NCBI GenBank assembly: GCA_032128115.1
Contig: JAQBHB010000093.1
Span: 177,599-241,598 of the forward strand
DNA length: 64,000 nt
Direction: 5' to 3'
DNA from: Deltaproteobacteria bacterium
GTDB lineage: Bacteria; Myxococcota_A; UBA9160; SMWR01
Shown one piece after another: positions 28,835 through 38,277 of the stretch. Positions within the stretch are counted from its first letter, which is position 1, and every line of letters begins with the position of its first letter. The translations under genes and the position numbers were made by a program. The notes under the pieces were generated by a model, which was not told the origin of the DNA, did not search any database, and saw nothing but the letters and a program-made list of their open reading frames with translations.

Positions 28835-31417
28835 ATGACCGAATCAGCCGACGATCGACAGCGCCGACCGCGGTGGGACGTCGCCCTGCGGACATGGATC
28901 GAGAGTCGCTTCGAGAGCTGGGGGCACGCCTCGGCTCGGAGGCGTTGGCCAATCATCGGGTCGATGGTCGCGCTGGCGCTGGGGCTGGGTTCCCAGGTTC
29001 CGGGTCTCGAGATCGACACCTCGAGTGAGTCGTTCTTGCGCGCTGACGACCCCGCTCGCGTCGTGTACGCGAGCTTCCGCGAGCAGTTCGGCAACGACCA
29101 GCTGATCATCATCGCGCTTCGCCCGCCTCGCATCTTCGAGCCCGGCTTCATCGCGACGCTTCACGAACTCCATCGCGCGGTGGAGGACGAAGTCCCCTAC
29201 GTCGAAGACGTCACCAGTCTGGTCAATGTGCGGGAGACCCGCGGCGATGGAGACGAACTGATCGTGCGGGATCTGCTCGAAGGCTGGCCCTTCGATGCCG
29301 ACGCGTTGCTCGAGATCCGCGAACGCGCCCTCGCAAACCCACTCTACCAGAACTACATCTTCTCCGAAGATCGACGCACGACGACCCTGGTCATCAAGCT
29401 CGAAGCCTACGCCGGAGGGGCCGGCACGGACGACGCACTCGGCGGGTTCGACGAGGCCGAGGGTGGCGAGCTGCTCACCCTGACGGGTGAGCAGGAGGCC
29501 GAGGCCGCCGCCGCACTCGAGTCGGTGGTCGACCGCTTCCGGAGCGACGACCTCGAGATCCACCTGGCGGGTGGGCCGATTACGGGGGCGCGGCTGGCGT
29601 CCGACATGATGGACAACATGCTGGTCTTCATGTGTCTATCGCTGATTGCGGTGGCTGTGCTCTTATTCGCGCTATTCCGGCGCGCATCCGCCGTATTTCT
29701 TCCACTGGTGGTCGTGTCGCTCTCGATCGCCTCGACATTCGGAGCCATGGCGCTGAGCGGCATGCGTCTGGGAATTCCGACGCAGATCCTGCCGTCCTTC
29801 CTGCTGGCCGTTGGCGTGGGCGGAAGCGTCCACCTGCTGGTGATCTTCTTCCGCGCCTACGACTCCGGCCTGTCGCGCAAAGAGGCCCTTGCCCAGGCTC
29901 TGCACCACTCAGGGCTGGCCATCGTCATGACGGCGCTCACCACGGCAGGCGGCCTGGTCTCCTTTCTTGGCGCAGAGGTAAAGCCGGTTTCGGACCTCGG
30001 GATCTTTGCGCCGATCGGAATCGGACTGGGGCTCATCTATTGCATGGTGCTACTACCGGCCCTGCTCCACACGATTCCGCTCAAGCGCCTCGCTCCGCGT
30101 GAAGCCGGGCGCGCCGGCCGGATCGAGCGCGCGCTGCTGTGGACGGGCGACCAGTGCGTCCAGCATCCGAAGACGGTGCTCGCATCCATGTCCGTGATCC
30201 TGCTCTTCGCGATCGCGGGAATCACGCGGCTTACCTTCAGCTATGACCCGATCAGCTGGTTTCCGAGGAACGACCCGATTCGTCTCGCTACCGAGTTCGT
30301 GAACGCCGAGCTCGGGGGTTCGGTCTCGCTCGAGATCCTGGTCGATACCGGAGAAGAGAACGGTCTCTACGAACCGTCACTGCTGAAGCGCCTCGACGAG
30401 CTGGGCGATCGCAGTGCCCAGATCGAGAGCGTGGGCCACATCAGCGTCGGGAAGGTCACTTCGATCGTCGACGTCTCGAAGGAGATCCACCAGGCCCTGA
30501 ACGAAAACCGGGCGAACTACTACGCGATCCCGGACAGCCGCGAACTCGTCGCCCAGGAGCTGCTGCTGTTCGAGAACAGTGGCTCCGACGACCTGGAGCA
30601 GCTGGTCGATCCCCAGTTCCAGCGCGCGCGTCTCACGATGAACCTGCCGTACGCCTCGCCGGCGTTCTATCAACCGTTCGGCGCTCGCGTGGAGGCCATC
30701 GCCCGCGAGACTCTTGGCGACGACGTCGAGATCACCATGACGGGTTTCGTCAGCCTGATGACGCGATCGCTGGATGCGCTCTCGACCAGTCTCCTGCGCA
30801 GCTATCTGATCGCCCTCGCGATCATCACACCGTTGATGTTCCTGGTGCTCGGGACGTTTCGAACCGGTGCGGCCGCGATGGTGCCCAACCTAGCGCCGAT
30901 CATCCTGACCCTCGGCCTGATGGGTTGGGCCGGCATCCCGCTGGACACTTTCACCCTCCTGATCGGGAGTATCGCGATCGGTCTGGCGGTGGATGACACG
31001 ATCCACTTCATGCATGTCTTCCGGAGATTCTACGAGGAACTGCGCCACACGCAGTTGGCCGTTCGCGAGACCCTGCGCACCACCGGGCACGCGATGCTCG
31101 TCACGTCCATCGTGTTGTCGCTCTCGTTCTTCATCTACGCGTTCGCGAGCCTCGCCAACCTGGTCAAGTTCGGCCTGTTGACGGGAGTCACCATCATCTT
31201 CGCGTTCGTCGCCGACATCAGCTTGTCGCCGGCGCTGATGGCCCTCAGCACCCGCGGCGACCATGCAGCGGCCCAGCGCTCCGAACGGCATCGGGCGGCC
31301 CGACGCGCCCGCTCCAGCCGAAGAGAGCAGAGGCGCGGAGAGCGTCGAGGCACTGACGCATCAAGCGTGGCGAGCCAGGGCCCCCGGGTCAGGGAACGAG
31401 TCGATCCAGCGGGATGA
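28835..31417 (+). CDS. MMPL/RND family lipid exporter
   Basis: two repeats of a periplasmic domain plus TM bundle; IAIGLAVDDTIHF; Arg-rich tail overlaps the next ORF. Confidence 0.9.
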   Translation: MTESADDRQRRPRWDVALRTWIESRFESWGHASARRRWPIIGSMVALALGLGSQVPGLEIDTSSESFLRADDPARVVYASFREQFGNDQLIIIALRPPRIFEPGFIATLHELHRAVEDEVPYVEDVTSLVNVRETRGDGDELIVRDLLEGWPFDADALLEIRERALANPLYQNYIFSEDRRTTTLVIKLEAYAGGAGTDDALGGFDEAEGGELLTLTGEQEAEAAAALESVVDRFRSDDLEIHLAGGPITGARLASDMMDNMLVFMCLSLIAVAVLLFALFRRASAVFLPLVVVSLSIASTFGAMALSGMRLGIPTQILPSFLLAVGVGGSVHLLVIFFRAYDSGLSRKEALAQALHHSGLAIVMTALTTAGGLVSFLGAEVKPVSDLGIFAPIGIGLGLIYCMVLLPALLHTIPLKRLAPREAGRAGRIERALLWTGDQCVQHPKTVLASMSVILLFAIAGITRLTFSYDPISWFPRNDPIRLATEFVNAELGGSVSLEILVDTGEENGLYEPSLLKRLDELGDRSAQIESVGHISVGKVTSIVDVSKEIHQALNENRANYYAIPDSRELVAQELLLFENSGSDDLEQLVDPQFQRARLTMNLPYASPAFYQPFGARVEAIARETLGDDVEITMTGFVSLMTRSLDALSTSLLRSYLIALAIITPLMFLVLGTFRTGAAAMVPNLAPIILTLGLMGWAGIPLDTFTLLIGSIAIGLAVDDTIHFMHVFRRFYEELRHTQLAVRETLRTTGHAMLVTSIVLSLSFFIYAFASLANLVKFGLLTGVTIIFAFVADISLSPALMALSTRGDHAAAQRSERHRAARRARSSRREQRRGERRGTDASSVASQGPRVRERVDPAG

Positions 31418-31874
31418 AGCGCGGCAGACTCTCGAACGAGATGGTTCCGTCCTGCACGAGCTCGAGTGCGCGCTCGCGCAGCGAATTCAGGCGCGCCCGG
31501 CGCGCCACATCGCGCAGATCCTCCAGGGCGGCACCCACCGCGATCCGTCCGTAGCTACTCGAACCGGCGCAGTGGTCGCAACCGCGTCCGCGGTAGCAGA
31601 GGAAATTGGCGGGCGGGCCCTGGGGGAAGATCTCGCTGGCGATCGCGGGCTCCAGGTCGGCGGGCTCGCGGCATGCGAGGCAGATGCGCCGGGCCAGGCG
31701 CTGGGCGAACACCGCCAGCAGCTCGCTGGCGTCCGCGAAACCATGGCCGCCCTGCTGGGCGAGGCCGCGATAGTGCGCGACCTCGCGCTCGAAGGGGCTC
31801 GGGGAAGACTCCCAGGCAGCGGCGTGGTTCGAGCGCCGCTTCAACATGCGCAGGATGTTCCGGATCGTGCTCAC
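31389..31874 (-). pseudogene. stand-alone C-terminal fragment of a PilB/GspE-type secretion ATPase (zinc-binding subdomain)
   Basis: LLAVFAQRLARRICLAC...YRGRGCDHCAGSSSYGRIAV...LRERALELVQDGTIS; no Walker A/B. Confidence 0.7.
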
Positions 31875-31960
31875 GGGGGGTGCCTCGTGGCGGCTGGAAT
31901 TGGCCGGCCGCAGCATCTGCTGAAGTTCGACGTCCCGGTACGGGTCACCCCGCGCGCTGG

Positions 31961-31976
31961 TGGCACGGGCCTCGCA
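31961..31976 (+). promoter_or_regulatory. candidate sigma54 promoter of the RND efflux operon
   Basis: TGGCACG-GGCC-TCGCA, one mismatch from TGGCACG-N4-TTGCA. Confidence 0.6.
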
Positions 31977-32062
31977 ACGGTGAAGTGGGCAGTGCGTGGG
32001 CGGAGCGCAGGAATCCGGGGAGACGTGTCGGTGGGGCGTTCTGCCAGATTGGAGGGCTCGTT

Positions 32063-33199
32063 GTGAGGCGCTACGCCCCAGGCGTGTTCCTCGTGGCCAT
32101 CCTGATCGCCTTGGGCTGCAACCCGGAAGGCCGCAGCCCGCAGGTTTCTGCACCGGGACCGCCGGGGGCCGCGGACGATTCCGACCCCCTGCCCGCGATC
32201 CAGGTAACCACCGCCCGCATCGAGCGAGGCACGATCCAGGCGCGGATCTCGGCGTCCGGCAGCCTGATGGCGCGCCGCGAGAGCCGCATCGGGGCGGAGG
32301 TTCGCGGCCGCATCCAGGAGGTATTCGTCCGGGTGGGAGACCGGGTCGGCGCGGGCGATCCGCTCTTCCAGATCGCCCCGAAGACCTACCAGGTGACACT
32401 GCGGCAGGCCGAGGCGGGGCTCGATCTCGCGCGCTCCGAGCGCCGCCAGATCGAAGCGGATTTCGAGCGACGCCGCATCCTGTACCGCAAGGACGTGGTC
32501 TCCATCGACGAACTCAACCGGGCCGAGACGCAGGTGGCGGTGGCGAAGGCCCGCGAGCGGCAGGCGGCCGAGGCAGTCGCCATGGCGCGCCACGATCTGG
32601 AGCAGACCCTCGTGATCGCGCCCTTCGACGGTTCGATCGCCGAGCGATTGGCGGATGAGGGGACCACCGCGCTGGTCCAGCCCCAGACGGTCGTGATCGT
32701 GCTCCAGGAAACCGCCGTGCTCGAAGCCGAAGCCAACCTTCCCGAGGGCCAGCTTGCGGTGGTGCGCGTGGGTGACCCGGCCCGGGTACACGTGGAGGGT
32801 CTGGCCGAAGCCATCCAGACTCGAATCGCCTCGGTGGGCGACACGATTGATCCCGAAACCCGGACCTACCGCGTGGGCATGCTGGTCCCAAACCCCGATC
32901 ACCGCCTCAAGGCGGGCACCTTCGCGCACATCGACATCGAGCCTCAGGCGAAACGGCAGGTGATCCTGCTGCCGCGCGACGCCGTCCGCAGCGAGGGCGG
33001 ACGAACGCGCGTGCTCGTGGTCCGGGATGGGCGCGCCGAGGCGATCTCCGTTCAGCTCGGGATCGTCTCCGGCGACAACGCCGAGGTGCTTGACGGGATC
33101 CTCGTAGACAATGAGGTCATCGTGGGCGAATCAGCCCGCAGCATCGCCCCCGGCATGCAGGTGCGTGGCGCACCGCTGCAGCCAAAGCCCGCGTCGTGA
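32063..33199 (+). CDS. efflux RND transporter periplasmic adaptor (MFP) lipoprotein
   Basis: lipobox IALGC, GRIQEVFVRVGDRV, IAPFDGSI, IDPETRTY, LKAGTFA; SD GGAGGG. Confidence 0.92.
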   Translation: MRRYAPGVFLVAILIALGCNPEGRSPQVSAPGPPGAADDSDPLPAIQVTTARIERGTIQARISASGSLMARRESRIGAEVRGRIQEVFVRVGDRVGAGDPLFQIAPKTYQVTLRQAEAGLDLARSERRQIEADFERRRILYRKDVVSIDELNRAETQVAVAKARERQAAEAVAMARHDLEQTLVIAPFDGSIAERLADEGTTALVQPQTVVIVLQETAVLEAEANLPEGQLAVVRVGDPARVHVEGLAEAIQTRIASVGDTIDPETRTYRVGMLVPNPDHRLKAGTFAHIDIEPQAKRQVILLPRDAVRSEGGRTRVLVVRDGRAEAISVQLGIVSGDNAEVLDGILVDNEVIVGESARSIAPGMQVRGAPLQPKPAS

Positions 33200-36100
33200 A
33201 GCTCGCCGACGTCTCGATCCAGCGACCGGTCTTCGCCGTCATGCTCGTGGGCGCGCTCGTGGTCCTGGGCCTGGTGTCGATTCCCCGCCTGGGCATCGAT
33301 CTCTGGCCTCGCGTCGAGTTCCCCATGGTGGTGGTGACGACGGCGCTCGAGGGGGCCGCCGCCGAGACCATCGAGCGCGAGGTGTCCCAGGTACTCGAGG
33401 AGTCGATCAACACCATCGAGGGAATCAGCAGCCTGCGCAGCGCCTCCAGCGATTCGCTCTCGATCATCTACGTCGAGTTCGAGCTGGAGTACACCATCGA
33501 GGAGAAAGCGCAGGAGGTGCGCGAGAAAGTGGCGTCCGTGCGCGGTGAATTGCCAATCGACGCCGAACCGTCCGTGGTGGAGCGCGTCGACCCGGACGCG
33601 CAACCCATCCTCGCTGTCATGCTCGCCGGCCCCGAGTCGATTCGCTCGATCAGCGAGTTTGCCGACAAGCGCGTCAAACCGCGGCTCGAGCGGATTCCGG
33701 GCGTGGGAAGCGTGACACTGGCAGGAGGCCGCCAGCGTGAGATCCGCATCTGGATCGATCCGCTCCAGCTGGGCGGCTACGGGCTCGCTGTAGATGACGT
33801 GCTCGCCGCGCTGGAGCGCGAGCACGTGGAGCTGCCCGGGGGACGTCTGGAGACGGAACAGCGCGAGTGGACGCTCAGAACCGAGGGGAAGCTCACCAGC
33901 GCCGAGCAGTTCGGCGCGATGGCCGTGGCCGAGCGGCGCGGCAGCGTGATCCACCTGCGCGACGTGGCAGACGTGGAAGACGGCATGGCGGACGAGCGCA
34001 CCATATCCCGCCTGAACGGTCGCAGGGGCGTGGCGCTCCAGATCCGACGCCAATCCGGGGAGAATACCGTCGCGGTGGCTAGCGCCGTCAAGCGCGAGCT
34101 CGAAGCCGTGCGGGCCGGTCTTCCGCCGGGTTGGGACATGTTGGTGGCGCGCGACGCATCGCGCTTCATCAGCCGTTCGATTCGCGAAGTGGCCATCGCG
34201 CTGGCTTTCGGCGCCTTGCTGGCCTCGATCGTGGTGTTCTTGTTCTTGCGCAATCTGCGCTCCACCCTCATCACTGCCCTGGCCATCCCTTGCTCGATCC
34301 TTGGGAGCTTCGGCTTCTTCTACTTCTTCGGCTTCACGCTCAACACCATGACGCTGATGGCGCTTTCGCTCTCGATCGGATTGCTGATCGACGACGCCAT
34401 CGTAGTTCTCGAAAACTCGTATCGGCACATGGAGTTGGGCGAGCCGCCGGTGGAGGCCGCCTCTCGGGCTACCGAGGAGATCGGGCTGGCAGTGATCGCA
34501 ACCTCTCTGGCCATCGCAGCCGTCTTCGTGCCCATCGCCTTCATGTCTGGCGTGGTGGGTCGTTTCTTCCGGGAGTTCGGGATCGTGGCCACCTGCGCGG
34601 TGTTTACTTCGACCCTGGTGGCGCTCACCCTGGTGCCCATGCTGTGCAGTCGGTACCTGCGGCCCCCTGAAAAACACGGCCGGGCCTACCGCTGGCTCGA
34701 GGCGCTCTACGTCCGCCTGGAGGTCGGCTATCGACGCACGCTCGCCTGGGGCCTGGCGCACCGCGCAGCGACCCTGCTGCTGGCGTTCGTCGCAGTCGGC
34801 GCCGGCGTGACCCTCGCCCGGACCGTCCCCGTCACCTTCATGACGCCCGAGGACCGGGGCGAGTTCAACGTCTGGCTCAAGATGCCCCTGGGCAGCTCCG
34901 TCCACACGACCCTGGGGGCGACGTCGGCGGTGGAGACAGAGATCGCGCGCGTTTCCCAGGTGGACGCCGTCTTCTCCACGATTGGCGCCGGAGTGGAGAA
35001 GCGGGTCAACGAAGCCGAGATCTTCGTCCACCTCGTGCACAAGAGCCAGCGAGATCGGACCCAGCAGGAGATCATGGCCGACCTGCGCGGTCGGATCCGA
35101 GCCCTGAATCTGCCGCTCTACGAATTCACGGTCGAAGAGATCGGGCTCTTCAGCGTGGCCGGTTCCCGCAATGCGCAGCTCATGTACACCTTTCGCGGCC
35201 CTGACACCGACAGGCTGCAGTATTACGCGCGCGGCGTGATCGAACAGATGCGCCGCGCCGGGGGCTACGCCGATCTGACCCTGTCCTACGAGACCGGAAA
35301 GCCCGAGATTGCACTCGAGATCACGCGCGAGCGCGCCGCTGATGTGGGAGTGCCTGCACTCCAGATCGGCCGCACGATCTCGGCACTCTTTGCCGGCTAC
35401 AAGGCCGCCACATTCGAAGAGGCCGGCGAGCGTTATGACGTGCGCGTGCAGGTACGGCCCGAATACCGGGACGACCTGGACAAGCTCTCGCTGGTGCGTG
35501 TGCGCGCTCGCGGTGGGGCGCTCGTTCCCTTGAGCAACCTGGTAGCGCCCCGGATCGGCAGCGGACCCGTGCAGATCGAACGCGAGAACCGGACGCGCGC
35601 CATCACCCTGCGTGGCAACCTGGACGGGAAGTCGGCCGGTGAGGCCGATGTGGAGATCGTGGGGTTTGCCAAGGCCCTCGAAATCGGAAATGAATACGAA
35701 TTCGAAGCCGTGGGTCCTTCCAAACGCATGCGCGAGTCGATCGACGCCATCGGCTTCGCCTTCGTATTGGCACTGGTGGCGATCTACATGATCCTCGCGT
35801 CCCAGTTCAACTCGTTCGTGCATCCGCTGACCATCATGATTTCTGCGCCTCTTTCCTTCATCGGGGCGTTCGCGGCCATTGCCCTCATGGGTCAGCAGCT
35901 CGACACCCTGGGTCAGATCGCGTTCCTCATGCTGATGGGGATCGTGATGAAAAACGGCATCCTGCTGGTCGACTACATCAACACCGTTCGCGCTCGGGGG
36001 GTCGCCCTTCGTGAGGCCGTGCTCGAGGCAGGTCCGGTGCGGCTGCGGCCGGTGCTCATGACCGCCGTTTCGACCATCTGCGGCATGATGCCACTGGCCT

Positions 36101-36315
36101 ACGGGACGGGCGACGGCTCGGAATGGCGCAATCCCATGGGCGTGGTCTGCATCGGAGGGCTGATTGCCTCCACCCTGCTGACGCTCCTGATCGTTCCCAT
36201 CGCGTACACACTGTTCGACGATGCCCAGGCAGCCGTCGCTCGCGGCGTGCGCTCCGTGCGCGCGGCAGGACTTCGCCCGCAACGGCGCGCGGACGCGCCC
36301 CGCTCGACGATTTGA
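33196..36315 (+). CDS. efflux RND transporter permease (AcrB/AcrD/AcrF family)
   Basis: SIQRPVFA, IGLLIDDAIVVLEN, KNGILLVD, RLRPVLMT. Confidence 0.95.
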   Translation: MKLADVSIQRPVFAVMLVGALVVLGLVSIPRLGIDLWPRVEFPMVVVTTALEGAAAETIEREVSQVLEESINTIEGISSLRSASSDSLSIIYVEFELEYTIEEKAQEVREKVASVRGELPIDAEPSVVERVDPDAQPILAVMLAGPESIRSISEFADKRVKPRLERIPGVGSVTLAGGRQREIRIWIDPLQLGGYGLAVDDVLAALEREHVELPGGRLETEQREWTLRTEGKLTSAEQFGAMAVAERRGSVIHLRDVADVEDGMADERTISRLNGRRGVALQIRRQSGENTVAVASAVKRELEAVRAGLPPGWDMLVARDASRFISRSIREVAIALAFGALLASIVVFLFLRNLRSTLITALAIPCSILGSFGFFYFFGFTLNTMTLMALSLSIGLLIDDAIVVLENSYRHMELGEPPVEAASRATEEIGLAVIATSLAIAAVFVPIAFMSGVVGRFFREFGIVATCAVFTSTLVALTLVPMLCSRYLRPPEKHGRAYRWLEALYVRLEVGYRRTLAWGLAHRAATLLLAFVAVGAGVTLARTVPVTFMTPEDRGEFNVWLKMPLGSSVHTTLGATSAVETEIARVSQVDAVFSTIGAGVEKRVNEAEIFVHLVHKSQRDRTQQEIMADLRGRIRALNLPLYEFTVEEIGLFSVAGSRNAQLMYTFRGPDTDRLQYYARGVIEQMRRAGGYADLTLSYETGKPEIALEITRERAADVGVPALQIGRTISALFAGYKAATFEEAGERYDVRVQVRPEYRDDLDKLSLVRVRARGGALVPLSNLVAPRIGSGPVQIERENRTRAITLRGNLDGKSAGEADVEIVGFAKALEIGNEYEFEAVGPSKRMRESIDAIGFAFVLALVAIYMILASQFNSFVHPLTIMISAPLSFIGAFAAIALMGQQLDTLGQIAFLMLMGIVMKNGILLVDYINTVRARGVALREAVLEAGPVRLRPVLMTAVSTICGMMPLAYGTGDGSEWRNPMGVVCIGGLIASTLLTLLIVPIAYTLFDDAQAAVARGVRSVRAAGLRPQRRADAPRSTI

Positions 36316-36334
36316 TCTCTTCGCCCGGACGCTG

Positions 36335-36466
36335 CGTCGCGAGCTCCATGGTCCCGACGAGATCCGGGAATCCGCCGCGCGCACACCGGTCCAGATGCTG
36401 GGTGCACAGTTCGCCGACTTCATGATGCTCGTGTTGCTCGGCGCGGCGATCGTGAGCGGCGTGGTT
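36335..36466 (+). pseudogene. relic: N-terminal fragment of a cation-transporting P-type ATPase
   Basis: RRELHGPDEIRESAARTPVQMLGAQFADFMMLVLLGAAIVSGVV resembles the Cation_ATPase_N consensus; no start and no continuation. Confidence 0.65.
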
Positions 36467-36494
36467 GTCTGCTCCCAGGCTCTGCGTGAACAGA

Positions 36495-37286
36495 TCAAAT
36501 CCGCGACCGAACGGTCCGGCGGACCATCGCGCGTTCATAGGTGGCGGGCCAGATCCGCGAAACCCACCAGGCGAGGCGCGCCTCGGCTCCAACGAACACC
36601 AGCGGCCGGCGTTTCTCCACTCCGCGGAAGATCGCTTCAGCCGCGGCGGCGGGCTCGATCTCGCGGCGCACCCCGCTGCGCGCGCCGGCGCCGGCGAGCT
36701 GGCCGTGCGGGCCGAGCGCCCGGTCGCCAATCCCTGTCCGCACGAACGACGGGCACACCAGGGTCACGCCCAGGTCGTCGCGAGCGTGCTCGGCCTGGAG
36801 CGATCCAAAGAAGCCGTGGAGCGCGTGCTTGCTGGCAGCGTAGCCGGCGCGCGTCGCCAGGGGTGCGAAGCCCGCGACGCTGGACAGGACGACGACCTGA
36901 CCGCGGCGCGCCAGCAGTGAGGGCAGGGCGGCATGGGTACAATTCACCGCTCCGAGGAAGTTCACCTCCAGCACGCGCTGGATCACGGCCGGGTCGGTGT
37001 CGCGTACCAGGCCTACGTGGGTGATCCCGGCGTTGTTTATCAGGATGTCGATGCCACCCCAGGCCGTGGTAACGCGCTCCACCGCATTCTCGCAGGAGGC
37101 GGCAGACGTCACATCACAGGCGAGGGCGAGTGCGACGGCGCCTTCGCTCTCCAACTCGGCCCGTCTCCCGGCGGCGGCCTCGGCGTCGAGGTCGAGGAGA
37201 GCTACCTGGCTTCCCGCCCGCGCGAAGCGGCGGGCCAGCGCTGCGCCGATGCCTCCTGCTGCCCCCGTGATCACGACCGAACCCAC
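36495..37286 (-). CDS. short-chain dehydrogenase/reductase
   Basis: ITGAAGGIG, INNAG, YAASK. Confidence 0.93.
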   Translation of the reverse strand: MGSVVITGAAGGIGAALARRFARAGSQVALLDLDAEAAAGRRAELESEGAVALALACDVTSAASCENAVERVTTAWGGIDILINNAGITHVGLVRDTDPAVIQRVLEVNFLGAVNCTHAALPSLLARRGQVVVLSSVAGFAPLATRAGYAASKHALHGFFGSLQAEHARDDLGVTLVCPSFVRTGIGDRALGPHGQLAGAGARSGVRREIEPAAAAEAIFRGVEKRRPLVFVGAEARLAWWVSRIWPATYERAMVRRTVRSRI

Positions 37287-37290
37287 GCCG

Positions 37291-38277
37291 CTACCCCCCG
37301 AAGCGCTGCCGGCGGTAGTTCTCGAGGCATTCTTCGCTGGTGTAGCGGGGCGTGAAGCCGAACCCGCTCTTCAGTTTTTCATTCGAGAGCACGGGCCGGT
37401 AGCGAAGGAAATCCATCTGCTCGCGACCGCGGGCCGAGAGCCCCAGGCTGTGGAGGGCCCCGAGTGCGGCAGCAAGCAGGGCGGGAGGCAAGGGCAGATA
37501 GGGGCGACCGAGGCGCCGCGCGATCTCGCGGAGCGTGATGCTGCCGTCGCCGCTGAGATTGTAGATGCCGGCCCGTCGCTCCCGAATGCCCTTCACGATG
37601 CAGTCGGCGACGTCCTCGTCCCAGATGAGGACGAAGGGCGCGTCGCAGCCCGCCACGCCGATGATGACGCGCCGTTCGAAGAGGGCGGTGATGGGACTCG
37701 CGACCCGGGCACCGAGGATCGTGCCCGGGCGGAAGACGAGCTGGGCCAGTCCCGGATGCTCTTCGCGGTGGCGCGCCAGTTCCTCCTCGGCGAGGCGCTT
37801 GTGCCACGCGTAGGCGAAGACCTTGTTGCCGCGCAGCGGGTCGGTTTCATGCAGGGGCACGGGGTTGTTCGCGTGGAAGCCGTAGACCGCGCCGCTGCTC
37901 GTATAGACGATCTGGCCCACATCAGTAGCCGCGCAGGCCTGGACCACGTTTCGGGTGCCGAGGACGTCGATCGCGTACTCGAGCACGCGGGAGCTTCCCG
38001 GGCCGGGCGTTACGACGGCGGCCAGATGCACGACGGTGTCGATCCGATACTCCTCGAAGAGCTTGCCCAGCGCCGGATCGCGCACGTCGGCGGTGACGTA
38101 GCGGACCCCGTCCAGGCGCTCGGATTCCGGGGGCAGGCGCAGGTCCGCGGCCACCAGGGTCTCGATCGCGCCGGGCTCGCCCGCGAGTCGCGCGACGACC
38201 TGGCGGCCCACCAGTCCCGACGCTCCCGTGATGAGCACCGAGCGGAGGGCGGTGGAGTGCCCGGCCGGCGCGCTCAC
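37291..38277 (-). CDS. NAD-dependent epimerase/dehydratase (extended SDR)
   Basis: ITGASGLVG, VVHLAA, SSGAVYG, YAWHK; GTG overlaps upstream stop. Confidence 0.88.
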   Translation of the reverse strand: MSAPAGHSTALRSVLITGASGLVGRQVVARLAGEPGAIETLVAADLRLPPESERLDGVRYVTADVRDPALGKLFEEYRIDTVVHLAAVVTPGPGSSRVLEYAIDVLGTRNVVQACAATDVGQIVYTSSGAVYGFHANNPVPLHETDPLRGNKVFAYAWHKRLAEEELARHREEHPGLAQLVFRPGTILGARVASPITALFERRVIIGVAGCDAPFVLIWDEDVADCIVKGIRERRAGIYNLSGDGSITLREIARRLGRPYLPLPPALLAAALGALHSLGLSARGREQMDFLRYRPVLSNEKLKSGFGFTPRYTSEECLENYRRQRFGG

